DNA of 64,000 bases from Ranitomeya imitator (lineage: Eukaryota): assembly GCF_032444005.1 (NCBI RefSeq), contig NC_091284.1, positions 640,150,001 to 640,214,000 of the forward strand, written 5' to 3'. A program made the position numbers and the translations under genes. Shown piece after piece: positions 26,663 through 39,163 of the stretch. Under the pieces are notes generated by a model. That model had not been told where the DNA came from, searched no databases, and worked only from the letters and a program-made list of their open reading frames with translations. The stretch's first letter is position 1. Each line of letters begins with the position of its first letter.

Positions 26663-28688
26663 CGTCGCAGCTACAGCCACAAAATTTTGCACAGTCACAC
26701 GTCTGGACCCCGAGAGCGTCATAGGCTACGTTGTGAGGTGAAATATTAATCCCGCGCTTTCCAATTCACCAAACAATTTTGCCCCTATCTACATAATGGG
26801 GAAAAAGTGAAAGGGAAAGTGTTGGAAGCGTCGCAGCTACAGAAACAAAATTTTGCACAGTCACACGTCTGGACCCCGAGAGCGTCATAGGCTACGTTGT
26901 GAGGTGAAATATTAACCCCGCGCTTTCCAATTCACCAAACAATTTTGCCCCTATCTACATAATGGGAAAAAATGAAAGGAAAAGTGTAGGAGGCAAATTG
27001 ACAGCTGCCAGATGTGAACAAGGGGTACTAAAAGAATAAGAGCGACGGCGCCAAAGAGTATATACCGTACAGTTGCTAAGGTGGGGCCTCGACATGGGAT
27101 ACTCACCACACACGGGGATATGAACACACACAAAATGCGCCACACACTACCACGTGCTTGAACACATATTACCCTCAGCACACATTTCACCACAAATACA
27201 CCAACCTCGCCACATAAAAGTCAAAACACAAAAGTCGCCACTCAAAACTCGCCACGCGCAGAACTCGCCACATGCAAAAACTAGGCTCTTGCAAAACTCG
27301 CCACAAGTGCAAAATTCTCCTCATGAAAAACTCGCCACACGCAAAACTTGCACACGCGGAAAAATTGCCACATGCACAAAAGTTGCAACACATGCAAAAG
27401 TTGCCTCACACAAAACTTGCACATACTCAAAAGGCACCACACATAATACTCGCAACGCGCAAAACTCGCCATGCGCAAAACTTGCTGCACACAACTTGCT
27501 ACACTAACCTGTCACATGTAACTCGACACACAAAAAGTTGCTACACAAAACTCATCTCACAAAAGTCGCTACATGCATGTCGCCACACGCAACTCAACAC
27601 ACACAACTTGACAAACGAAACTCGCCCTAAAACACACACAAGTCTGGTATTATCCTTCAAAAATAAAAATCTGATTAATAAGCAGACAAACTACAACAAT
27701 TGCACCATATAGGAAATACGGCAGCTGTCAGTCACATGATCTGTCTATTATGTGTATGTGTGAGCTAATATATACTGCCAGGGGGAGGGCTTCCTGTTGG
27801 CTGGGGATTTATCAGGCTGCCAATTTAGCTTACAAATACTGAGGTAAAAATACTGAGCAAATAACGTGTGAACGAGGTCTAATACAGGAGGAGATGACAC
27901 ACAGGTATATACTATATACAGGGGAGATGACACACAGATATATACTATATACAGGAGAGATGACACAGGTATATACTATATAGAGGAGGAGATGACATAT
28001 AGGTACATATATATACAGGAGGAGATGACATACAGGTATATACTATATACAGGAGGAGATGACATACAGGTATATGCTATATATAGAAGATGACATGCAG
28101 GTATATACTATATGCAGGAGGAGATGACACTCAGATATATACTATATACAGGGGAGATGACACAGGTATATACTATATACAGGAGGAGATGACATACAGG
28201 TATATACTATATATAGAAGGAGATGACATTCAGGTATATACTATATATAGGGGAGATGACACACAGCAGGTATATACTATATACAGGGGAGATGACATAC
28301 AGGTATATACTATATACAGGAGATGACATACAGATGTATACTATATATAAGGGAGATGACAAACATGTATATACTGAGGTGATGAGGTGAAAATGAGAGG
28401 TGTGAGGTGAAAATGAAAAGGTGTGAGTGCAAAATGAAAGGAGTGAGGAAAAATAGTGGAGTGATCAGAAAATGACAGATGTGAGGTTGAAATGACAAGT
28501 GTTAGGGGGGAATGAGAGGAGTGAGGGAGAAAATGAGAGGTGTGAGGGAGAAAATGAGAGATGTGAGGGGGAAAATGAAAGATGTGATTGGGAAAATGAG
28601 AGGCGTGATGGGAAAATAAGAGAAGTGAGGTGCTATAACTAACCACAGATATTTACTATGCCCAGGCAACGCCGGGCTCTTCAGCTAG
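26663..28688 (+). mobile_element. Non-autonomous Helitron with AAAACTCGCCAC repeats and GAGATGAC(A/T)CAGGTATATACTATATACAG minisatellite
   Basis: 3' hairpin GCCCAGGC-AAC-GCCGGGC then CTAG|T; 5' ~1 kb homologous to 42750-43745; 5' end lies in the gap. Confidence 0.75.
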
Positions 28689-28910
28689 TATATATATAAA
28701 ATTGCCTATGGGTCACTTCTGTAATATATATATAATTGTCTATGGGTCACTTCTGTAATATATATATAATTGTCTATGGGTCACTTCTGTCTGTCTGTCT
28801 GTCCTTCTGTCACGGATATTCATTGGTCTGTCTGTCATGGAAATCCAAGTCGCTGATTGGTAGCGGCAAAACAGCCACGACCAATCAGCGACGGCCACAG
28901 TCCGGCGTAT
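28689..28910 (+). mobile_element. Helitron 5' fragment with a triplicated 34-bp terminus
   Basis: TATATATATAATTGTCTATGGGTCACTTCTGTAA x3, then sequence shared with 24450-24560. Confidence 0.65.
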
Positions 28911-29238
28911 ACATATATATACACACATATATATACAGAACGCATATGCTGCAGAGAAACACTAACAATAGATCTATTACCTCCCTATTCTACCTTAATG
29001 CATTATAATTAGTGATATTGACTCCTCCACTTCTTTACACTGCCAATACATTTCTTTCCTATTTTCAGCAGTTTAAACCTATTGTGCGCGTCCCAGAGCT
29101 TGAAAAACACGGATATGTTCATTTGGGGACTATTTTAAATATCATACTTAAAAAAACACAATAATGTAAGTTATACGAAGCTCTGTAACTAATTGAAAAA
29201 GTTAAATACACTGATTTATTTAGAAAATTTGATATGAC

Positions 29239-29269
<31 letters not shown>

Positions 29270-31009
29270 GTGTATAATATTATTTCAGTTCCCATCATAA
29301 TAGATATCTTATGGCTAGCCAGGTTAAAAATAGTAATAATAAATAGGTATAAAAATAAATGTTTTTTTAACCTCATTTTTGACCGGAGCAATTTTATTAC
29401 TTGTACAATTTGGCTCATAAAACCTGATATCAGTGCAAAAAATGAATAGCGGTTTTGTTTCTATGTTTGTCCTTGTGTCGAGGACTAAAAGGTGAGCCAT
29501 GGAGTATGACAGTTATAGTCTGCCAGATAAATTACTGTTTCTTGCTAGAAAAGAGCCAGTGGTTCAGATTTACTTGGCATACCATTTAACTGATATGATC
29601 CGGTCTCTGTAGAGGCTGAAGTCTTCGTAATGAAAAAAAGATGGGTTGTGAACCAGGCGTACAATGATGGGGGTATTTAATGTATTCTGAAGTGGCCAAA
29701 TGTACTAAAAATGTTCCTAAATTCCCTGTAATGAGGCTATCAGATGCTTTTAAAATGTTTAATTTCCCACTGAGTGGCACTACACATGATTATGGCCAAA
29801 TAGCACGCTTTCTGCTATGCTGTAGGAAATCATGATTAAGTGGTTTATTTATTTTCTGTGGCACTGTAAAAGCTAGGATGTTCTCCGATCCATTCCAATG
29901 AGGTTTTTTTTTCCCCTCCTATAGGCTTTCATTTGCGTAGTATAGCATACGCTCCTGCTTAAAATTAGAAAGGGTAGCGCTAGTGTGAAATGTCTTCTGT
30001 AAAAAGGCCACAACATATTTATACAGATCAATGTCCAATTATAAGCAGAGAACCACTATGGTAAAAGGTCAGAAAATAATAATCTTTCTGGCATTTATTA
30101 CTCGCAAAGCAAGGTCTTTTGCAAGGTCAACCATCAAAATATACAATACAAATTACACTGCGGTATTTCCAAGTATTCCGCGCAGCACAATTTTACTGTT
30201 TTTAAAGAAATGGAAGATAGGAAAAGGACAAAGCCACCAATATCCTGCTAGAGGAACGGTTTTACTGAATTATTATAAGTGTCTGCTCTCTGGGTCCTTT
30301 AATTGGTCTAATTTATGACCATGGAGAGTACAGCACACACCTTACTATGCATGTGAATATAGATACAAAATCAGATATTACCTGATAAGAAACTAGGCTA
30401 TAACTAAGTTTCCCCTTTTTAATAGCACTGGGTATATGTTATAAATGAGCACTTCTAGGTATGGATGCTAACTAATGTCCAGATCATTATCACCGTGAGC
30501 CCATTAGGATGTGGGGCTTTTAGAGAACTTAGCTCACACAAAACTTAACTGTTGTACAGAAGAAATCCATATTATCATTGTGTTGTTGATGAGTTACATT
30601 AGTTAGAACTATAGGAAATCTAAGCTTGCATTATACGCACGAGTGATTCAATTGCAGGACTAGGTGGGAGGAAAGGGAAATATTTTGTCGCTTGAGGGTA
30701 TCATCAGACTACCGTTTAAATCTTTAAATCTTCATGTTTAATTATATTTTTTTAGGATTTTTTCCATCTTATAATTTATTTTATAAACTCCCTAAAGAGT
30801 ACCTATTGTATCACCAACCTGGGGATGCCCTTATTATGTAATAGAAGAGTGGACAACCCCAAAATGGTGATGTAACCAAATATGCAGGGGTAAGGAAAGG
30901 TAAGAATGGTAGTTTCTTTTTTATGTTTAAATGTAACTGAGGATAGCGACATGACGGGGGAAACTATTATATGAATGGGCCATGTACAGAGGACATTATT
31001 AAAGGAAGT

Positions 31010-31252
31010 GCCAGGATGGGGAGATTATTACAAGATAGGGGCCAGGATGGGGAGATTATTACAGGATAGGGGCCAGGATGGGGAGATTATTACAGGATAG
31101 GGGCCAGGATGGAGAGATTATTACAGGGTAGGGGCCAGGATGGAGAGATTATTACAGAATAGGGGCCAGGATGGGGAGATTATTACAGGATAGGGGCCAG
31201 GATGGGGAGATTATTACAGGATAGGGGCCACGACGTGGAAGACTATTACAAG
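31010..31252. repeat. 30-bp minisatellite (GGGGCCAGGATGGGGAGATTATTACAGGAT) x~8, within a hAT-like element ending TAGTTACGCCAC (~31334)
   Basis: Direct tandem units visible. Confidence 0.9.
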
Positions 31253-32222
31253 GGTCAATAAATCTGACCAACTTACTGGGGGGAGCCTTGTCCAAAATTT
31301 GCACAGGGGACTATAGGACTCTAGTTACGCCACAGAGGGGAGCCTACTTGCTCTGACTCCTGCATGTAGAGCACAATTTATCAGGCACAAATAAAGTGCA
31401 AGCAACACATAGAAACGTTCCAGTTATGTAAATTAACAGGTATTACATTATTGCATATTCACCCAGATGCTTTTAGGTTTTTTTCCTTCACTCCAGGATA
31501 CATGCTATATAAAAATCTGTAAGTAGTTTTGGAGTCTGCAAATTCCAAGCTATATTTTTGGAGAACCCCAACCTTCAAGGTAGCGTTTCCCTCAAAATGT
31601 AACTTGAAATGTGCGAATACTAGAGATAAATATGGATTTCTGTATAGCATGCAGCAGTTTAGAATGAAATTCTAGTTTTGCCATTCTAGTCATTTAGTGT
31701 GGTGTTAGTAGCTGAGGTGTGTATTATGAGCCTGTGCAGCAGCTGAAGTCTGTATCATGAGGCGCTACAGCAGCTGAAGTGTGTCTTGTGAGATTTTGCA
31801 GCCTCTGAAGTCTGAATTATGAGGTTGCGCAGCAGCTGAGTGGTGAATTTTGAGGCTGTGCAGCAGTAGAGGGGGGATTATAATTTTGCAGCATCTGAAA
31901 TGTGTACAATTTTGTTCTTAATTGCATAGTCCAGCATTTCCAAAAAAATCACACCTTTATTTAACTAAAAAATTATTTAAATTCATCATAATTAGATCAG
32001 AACCATCATAGCCAAAAATGTTACATTTTTCCTTGGAAAGGCTGGATAATTATTCAACAAATTTTTGACTACATTACTTGAAAACCAGTTACAACGTAAC
32101 TTGTGGATCCCATCAAAATAAATTAATTAGATCCAGATTCCAAGGAAACTTAAGCAGAGCTGATAAATTGATCACTTTTCCCTGTATCATTATTAGGTTC
32201 TGCAGCAGCTGAGGGTGTATAC

Positions 32223-32396
32223 CAGTATTTCTCAAACTCCAAGTCCTCACGGACCCCAACAGGTCATGTTTTCAGGATTTTCATAGTGCTGCACAAATGA
32301 GAGAACTCCTGATACTTCCATCACCTGTTCAATACTAAGGAAATCCTAAAAACATGTCCCGTGGGCTCCGTGAGGGCTGGAGTTTGGGAAACACTG
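32223..32396. mobile_element. hAT-type MITE (174 bp)
   Basis: TIRs CAGTATTTCTCAAACTCC / GGAGTTTGGGAAACACTG; 8-bp TSD GTGTATAC / GAGTATAC (7/8). Confidence 0.85.
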
Positions 32397-32526
32397 GAGT
32401 ATACTATGCAGTGCAATTTTGTATATTTTCTAGATGGTCAGAATTAATTTGTGTAGGGAATCCGACCACCTCTACCCGAAATGCAGAGACGTTCAGGGCC
32501 CCTTCTTCAGATAGATGCAGGTCATA

Positions 32527-32859
32527 CATAGTAACATAGTAACATAGTAAGGCCGAAAAAAGACATTTGTCCATCCAGTTCAGCCTATATTCCATTATAA
32601 TAAATACCCAGATCTACGTCCTTCTACAGAACCTAATAATTGTATGATACAATATTGTTCTGCTCCAGGAAGACATCCAGGCCTCTCTTGAACCCCTCGA
32701 CTGAGTTCGCCATCACCACCTCCTCAGGCAAGCAATTCCAGATTCTCACTGCCCTAACAGTAAAGAATCCTCTTCTATGTTGGTGGAAAAACCTTCTCTC
32801 CTCCAGACGCAAAGAATGCCCCCTTGTGCCCGTCACCTTCCTTGGTATAAACAGATCCT
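32527..32859 (-). mobile_element. 5'-truncated CR1 LINE 3' end
   Basis: Near-identical to 55412-55745; (CTATGTTA)n tail; encodes TRGHSLRLEERRF...NNIVSYNY*. Confidence 0.95.
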
Positions 32860-35216
32860 ATTGGTTTGATCCATATCTACATATTTATACTATATCTTGT
32901 CGATGGATATACCCCTTTACAGGCGAGTTCAGACAAGGTGAATATTATGTGGCTTTCCGCTACAGATTCCACACAAGATATTTAGCGATTTATAGTACAA
33001 TACGTGTAGATGGCCGCATTTAACGACAACACAAGTCTAAACTACCAATTTATTAAGTTTAGACAGAATTCTGTTGTAATTCTTCTTGAAATGTTGAAAA
33101 ATGTTTCGTAACAGAAAGTTGCACAAAAATGTTGGGACTTGTAGCATTTTTACACCAAGACAGGGCATCTTCAAGTTTTTGAAAAGTGGGTGGCGTGTAA
33201 GCAATGCAGGGCATAGCCAAAACATACAAGTGGAATGAAATTACTACAGAAACGTTTGCCAGCCCCTGTCTGGTGTACATCTTTGACAGTGGTGCATACG
33301 AGTTGACATATACGCCAAATTCAAAAAGAGAAAACGCCATTTTAATTAATTTGGCACTTCTTACTCCAGCACAGCCTTCATTAACACTAACTGCTGCTCC
33401 CTTGAGTATTCTGTTTCTCTATCAATAAACCCGCCATGGTTCCAGAGATACGTATGGGCTTTTTTATATAATGCTAATGTCTATGATCTTTAATAAGGGG
33501 GCACACTGTTTACAGGATTCTCTGGAGGGACTATTACTCTGTGAGCACCGCCCCATTACTAAAGAACATAAAACAAGTACCAAATAAAAAAGGCCCGCAT
33601 CTTTATAACCGCATGGCAAATTTTAACAGTGAATAAATAATGGAATACTCAGAGGAGCAGAAGCAATAAAATAAGAGCAAAAAGTGGAAATTTATGACCT
33701 GGTGACAAGTTCCTCTAAAATCAATGAGAAATCCTCCATGCGGGTTTAGTTATATAAAACCTATAACAGTGTTCGTCTTTAGATATAACTTATGGTAAGT
33801 GACATACATGTATAAAGGTTAATATGTGAACTGTCACACCGATAGCATCCTCTTTATTGAGACCACGGAGTCTTGAGAGCATTGCCTACCTGACAAGCCA
33901 TTGCTTACAATAAGGACCCTCAATGTGATGCTGCCTGCACAAGATGACCTACTGTCCTGTATTATGAATTTCTTATCTCCGCTTCTTCATAGATCTCCAG
34001 ACGTATTTTTAACACAAAGCTATTTATAAAGATGACATTTATGTAAAGCATATTATTAAAAGGTACTGAAGAAACAGAAGTGCCATTTATTCTCTAGCAG
34101 ATGAAAGGGATGCAGCTCACACGGAGAACAAGACTTTGTACATAATACATTGGGCTTGCAGGGTATTTTTTATGAGTTTCTATCAGATGTAATAGGAAAA
34201 TGTGTCAGAATGAGAACCACGTACGTATAATAACTCAGGGTTTATACATATCTACAAGCCGTCCTTGGGCTACTGAATACTCTGGAGGAGCAATCATCAC
34301 CAAATGTTTTCTTGGGTATTGATTTTGCTACATTAGAATTTTTTTTCAATTCAAGACTTTCACTAGGGGACTACAGCTCCAATTTACATTTGAAGATACT
34401 GAGCAATGTCCATTGCCTGAGAAATGAGGTGTAGACAACGAAAGATTACATACTAAAGCAAACATCAGCAAGAAAATATTATTTGAAGACCACAGAAGAA
34501 CCTCATCAGAAAGCCTTGAAAAGAACAACCCTTTTTATTTATAGCTGATACTATGGATAGATTATATCTAGGAACCTAAGCAAGTATTTGCTTTACTTTA
34601 TCGGATCTCTTTTTTTATAGAGAAATTGAAAGGAGACTCAATACTCATCATGTTATGGCTTACGGTGGGAGTGTATTGCATTGGTTCCATTTAATGAATA
34701 ACTTTAAGATTATTGACGTCAATTGAAAGCTCCATTGGCCGACAGCTATCTCTTCAAGTTCCATCATGTCAATGGATGATCAGGTCCGCCTGTATTTCCA
34801 ATGGAAAAATAGAGTTTGCCACTGTCAGACATTTCTGGAAGAGGCTCATCTCCAAAGGAAACAAAAGGATAAAGTAGAGTAATTCAACATGCCTGACTTT
34901 ACATTTCCCTGACATCATCTGGAGGCCCTCACACTTATTAGATGCTCTGTTTGCCATAAAGATGATGGGAACTATCAGTGACATGGTCTTCGAACTTTCA
35001 TTAGAGTCATGTGGTCAGATGTTGGTGCTAGTACTATTGATAGACTGCAATGACATTGTATCCACGTGACACTAGGCTTGACATTTGTATTTGGCACCAG
35101 AAATGAATAGATTTTCTGGTTCATGGAGCAAGAATTAAAGGTTCTTGGAAGAAGTGTTAGGATCATGTATTTTGATGTTACTGTTTAATGGGAACCGGAC
35201 ATCCTGACAAGTGGCA

Positions 35217-36046
35217 GCATGAATGGTAGCTTAGCATACATATTAGTCCATAGATCATGTACAAGAACACATTCAGTAATTCATGCGTGCACAAAGACCC
35301 CTCACATAAATAATCAGAGAGATCACATGAATGTATAGTTCAAAATATAAAACAATCCTTTATTGAAACATACAATTAAAAACTTTTTTTCCCCCAACCA
35401 TATAGTAGGTCATAAAATCAGAAATACCTCCGATCTACAAAACAGCAGGTCTCAAGCTCTCATGTGAACAAACTACCTATAAAAGCCTATTGTTGGTCAA
35501 CCTAAGTAATAAATGACCTAAACAATGGCACAATAGTTATGATAGCTGTTGAACATCTGTATGGAACAATAATGCATAAAGAGTGCAATACATATATATA
35601 TAGCGCACTACAATTGCAAACAATTACACAGTGAGAAATGTATATAAGTAAATTACTATTACTATAAATTACTTATATACATTTCTCACTGTGTAATTGT
35701 TTGCAATTGTAGTGCGCTATATATATATGTATTGCACTCTTTATGCATTATTGTTCCATACAGATGTTCAACAGCTATCATAACTATTGTGCCATTGTTT
35801 AGGTCATTTATTACTTAGGTTGACCAACAATAGGCTTTTATAGGTAGTTTGTTCACATGAGAGCATGAGACCTGCTATTTTGTAGATCGGAGGTATTTCT
35901 GATTTTATGACCTACTATATGGTTGGGGGAAAAAAAGTTTTTAATTGTATGTTTCAATAAAGGATTGTTTTATATTTTGAACTATACATTCATGTGATCT
36001 CTCTGATTATTTATGTGAGGGGTCTTTGTGCACGCATGAATGGTAG
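35217..36046 (-). mobile_element. Fold-back insertion, Penelope-like: 763-bp palindrome (35279-36041) plus 49-nt tail plus 13-bp TSD
   Basis: Arms nearly identical, 17-nt spacer 35652-35668; TSD GCATGAATGGTAG at 35217-35229 and 36034-36046. Family assignment inferred from architecture. Confidence 0.75.
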
Positions 36047-39000
36047 ATTGCCTGCATGACTGAATTTTTCTTCTCAGAAACGCTGGAACTGTGAAGGAGA
36101 GACCTGTCGATCAACTGCAGTGATACTGGGAAGAGCCAGTTGGGACGGAGTCACAAACGTCTGATCTCTTGCTATGACCGGATCTTCAAAGTATATTTTC
36201 TCTGATATGACAGAGCATTTCAGAGAGAGTTATATCAGGCTACAATCATGCAGCCAATCTGATTCATGCTGCTTGTGGATTGGGCAGCATGAATTACCTG
36301 ACAGATTCCCTTTAACTAAAACTTTTCAAAATTTGTTTAGCAATTTGCTACACATATTCAGGTTTTAATGGGAAATATGATAAAAAGTGTGGACTGTAGA
36401 TTAATTTTTCAAAAAATACATTGGAAGGTTGGTCCAATAATCATGACGTTATTTTAATTAAATGTATGTATTCAAGACGGAAAATAATTTTTGCAATTTG
36501 GCTTCATTAAAAATTGTTCATGGTTTGGTTTTTACAGACTCTTTATTGCCTGCACTTTGAAATTTGATGTAGTCTGTGGTCATCAGCTGAGAAAAGCTTA
36601 GAAAAAACAAATTCTCCAGTCAGTCAGAACAAGCTCACCGATGGATTTTCAGTCCAAACATTAGGCAGCAAGTAATAAACATATTCAAGGAGACCTTAAA
36701 GGTGATTTACCTTGAATAAAGTATTAAGAGCGCTTTATCAGGCTCCTACTAATGTTTTTAATAATGCTTTTACCATAACTGTTAATGTTTTAGGTGTAAA
36801 AATAATGTTTAATCCGGTGTGCCTGAATCAGAACTACTCTGTGTGCGCCATCAGTGAATATCATATGCAATAGTGAAATTAATGGCAGGTAGCACGCAGA
36901 TTTGCCAATACCTGCCAAAAAAGCCATGTAACATGCAAAAGCCACACTGTGAAGTACAAAAACAAATATGACTGCAAATACACTGTTATAGTCAAGGTAT
37001 TGTCTGTCAGCTACCTATGATTGCCATAATTAAATATGCCAACAGCCTTTCCAGAGAGGGAGAGGACAGGAACTCTAGAGCCACTTAATGGAAGTAGCAA
37101 ACCTAAACGTTACGGTAATAGCGACCCTTTAAAGGGCCTTGCCATATGATTTAGGATAAGAAGCCAAAACAGAAACTCCATTTGCAGATACAGGGATGGG
37201 ATGTGTGCCTCTCATCAATGCAAAGCAAGAGAGGCTAGATGAGAGTCTTCTAACAATACGTATAAAGTGTAAAGTTTCTCCATGTGAAGAGTGCCATGTC
37301 TGATTAAGGAGGCCTGTAAGCCATGTAGTTCTGCTCTTGGAATTTAAATATGCAAATTGCTTCTTCAGAGAGGAAAAAAAACTCCCACCCAGTCAAATCA
37401 GCGCTCTTGTTTTGTACTTTCTGAAAGATGTGTCTGGAATTGAGTTTCTGTTTTAGCTTCTTTTATACAAAATTGTGTGGCAAGACCAGTAAAGATTTGA
37501 TATTGACTTTTCAGTCTGCTAATTCTAATAGGTGACAATAAAGTACCGGTCCTCTCCTTTTCTGAAGAGATTTTCATTTTCAAATTCCCAAAGAAGAAAC
37601 GCATGGTTTATAAGTCTCATTATGCTCACTTGCCCTCTCCACAAAGAGAAAAACTACCCCCTGCACCACCTATCAGAAGCCTCTCACCCAGTCATATCGG
37701 CTGCCCTGCTTTGCACCAATGATGGGCACACACCCCAAAATGTGACTTCAAATGGAGTTTCTAGTTTGTCTTCTTATCCTAAGTCATATGGTAAGGCCAT
37801 TAAAGGGTCGATATTGACTTTTAGGTTTGCTAATTCCAATAGGTATTACTACAGCTCCTATACTCTCTCTCTCTATTTGCATATTGAAATTTCCAAAAGA
37901 GCATTGCATGGCTTATAAGTCTCTTTATGCTGACTTGATATTCACCAGAAGGAGAAACTTTGCCATAATTTTAAAAATGTCCCTACCTAATGTGGAGGTA
38001 GATAACTTAGTAGAAGAGCAGCATTTGAGATTTAATATTCTTCTACAGGGACCAATCCAATTTATGTGTATAAACCCTACCTTAAATAGTTAAATAGTTG
38101 TGTGTTACCTGTTATTAGTTTATTTATCACACAAACGATATAGACTGACTTTTAAAGGCAATCTTTCAGCGGGGTTTTGCTATGTAATCTGAAGACATCA
38201 TGAGGTAGAGTTTAAAACACAGATTTCAGCAATGCCTCTCTTATCAATATATGTGGTTTTGTTCACTTGCAATGATTATTTTAGCACAAGAAGTTTATCA
38301 TTGCGGAGACCTCACAGCAGGTGCCTGGTAGTCCGACACGCCCCCTCCTGTGATAGGCACCTCACTGTCTATGGACATTGTATATACAGAGCCTGGTGGG
38401 GGCGGGGTTAGCTTTCTCAGCTCTGCTTCATGCTAAATCTAAAAACTCAGATTGTGTCATAACGATTGCTCCCAGTAATCTAAGTGATACATTAACCTCA
38501 GAAATATACCATGCCTAGGTTCAGGCAGCTCATAAGAAATATGTACATCCGAAAAAACAAAGAAAGCTATCGCCTTAAAATGCAAACATTTTATTCCAAT
38601 CAATTATTAAAATCAACACATTTTGTAAAACAGAAGAATATAAGGTTGTGAAGACACTGTGCAAACTGTATGCGGACCAGCCTACGGATAAATGGCGCTA
38701 TGGGTTTACATGAGAAAAGGGAACATATAGGTATATGGGAGATAAATATAATCCACAGTGGGAGAAGGGGGTGAGAAGGGGGTGTGGAGAATCACTTCTT
38801 CAGTGAACGTATCTATACCTATATGAATTTAATTAGGATTTATAAAAGGTTTAAGTATAGTTATCACCAAGTGGAGTGATAATACTCACAGCAGTGAGAT
38901 TTGTAAATTGTAAGGTGCCAGTGCAGCCTAATAAGGGATCAAGGGGTTAAATTACCCTAGCACATGAAAAACCCAAGAGTTAAATGCTCAGTGGCGTAGG

Positions 39001-39066
39001 CACATTACCTCCGTTGGCGTGGACCGGTTCCCCGACGCGCGTTTCGCGTGCAGCTTTATCAACCTA

Positions 39067-39104
39067 CCCCTTAATAAAGCTGCACGCGAAACGCGCGTCG
39101 AGGA
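39067..39104 (+). ncRNA. Degenerate minimal type I hammerhead-ribozyme motif; mirror copy at 39031-39062 on the - strand
   Basis: + copy CCCC UUAAUAA A GC UGCAC GC GAAAC GCGC GUC GAGG; - copy UUGAUAA A GC UGCAC GC GAAAC GCGC GUC GGGG. Both present copies are probably inactive. Confidence 0.55.
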
Positions 39105-39163
39105 ACCGGTCCACACCAACGGAGGTAATGTGCCTACGCCACTGAGCATTTAACTCTTGGGTT

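Noticed and set aside
26663-26990. ~164-bp tandem duplication as a biological feature
   Set aside because: It directly abuts an N gap and is absent from the sister copy at 42750, so it may be a contig-overlap artefact.
27154-28646. Repetitive ORFs (QNSPHAKL..., YILYTGGDD..., FSPHTSH...)
   Set aside because: Translations of Helitron-internal minisatellites with variable unit lengths; no codon-position bias, unlike 16760-17056.
31010-31252. CRISPR-like or coding repeat array
   Set aside because: Contiguous units without unique spacers in a eukaryotic transposon; an ordinary minisatellite.
33800-35216. Possible decayed coding sequence
   Set aside because: All frames I translated hit stops within ~50 codons and no family motif was recognisable.
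35279-36041. miRNA precursor or TIR-type MITE
   Set aside because: The stem is far longer than a pre-miRNA. The 13-bp TSD offset by a 49-nt tail does not fit TA, TTA, TTAA or 8-bp DNA-transposon rules. No hammerhead core found in this palindrome.
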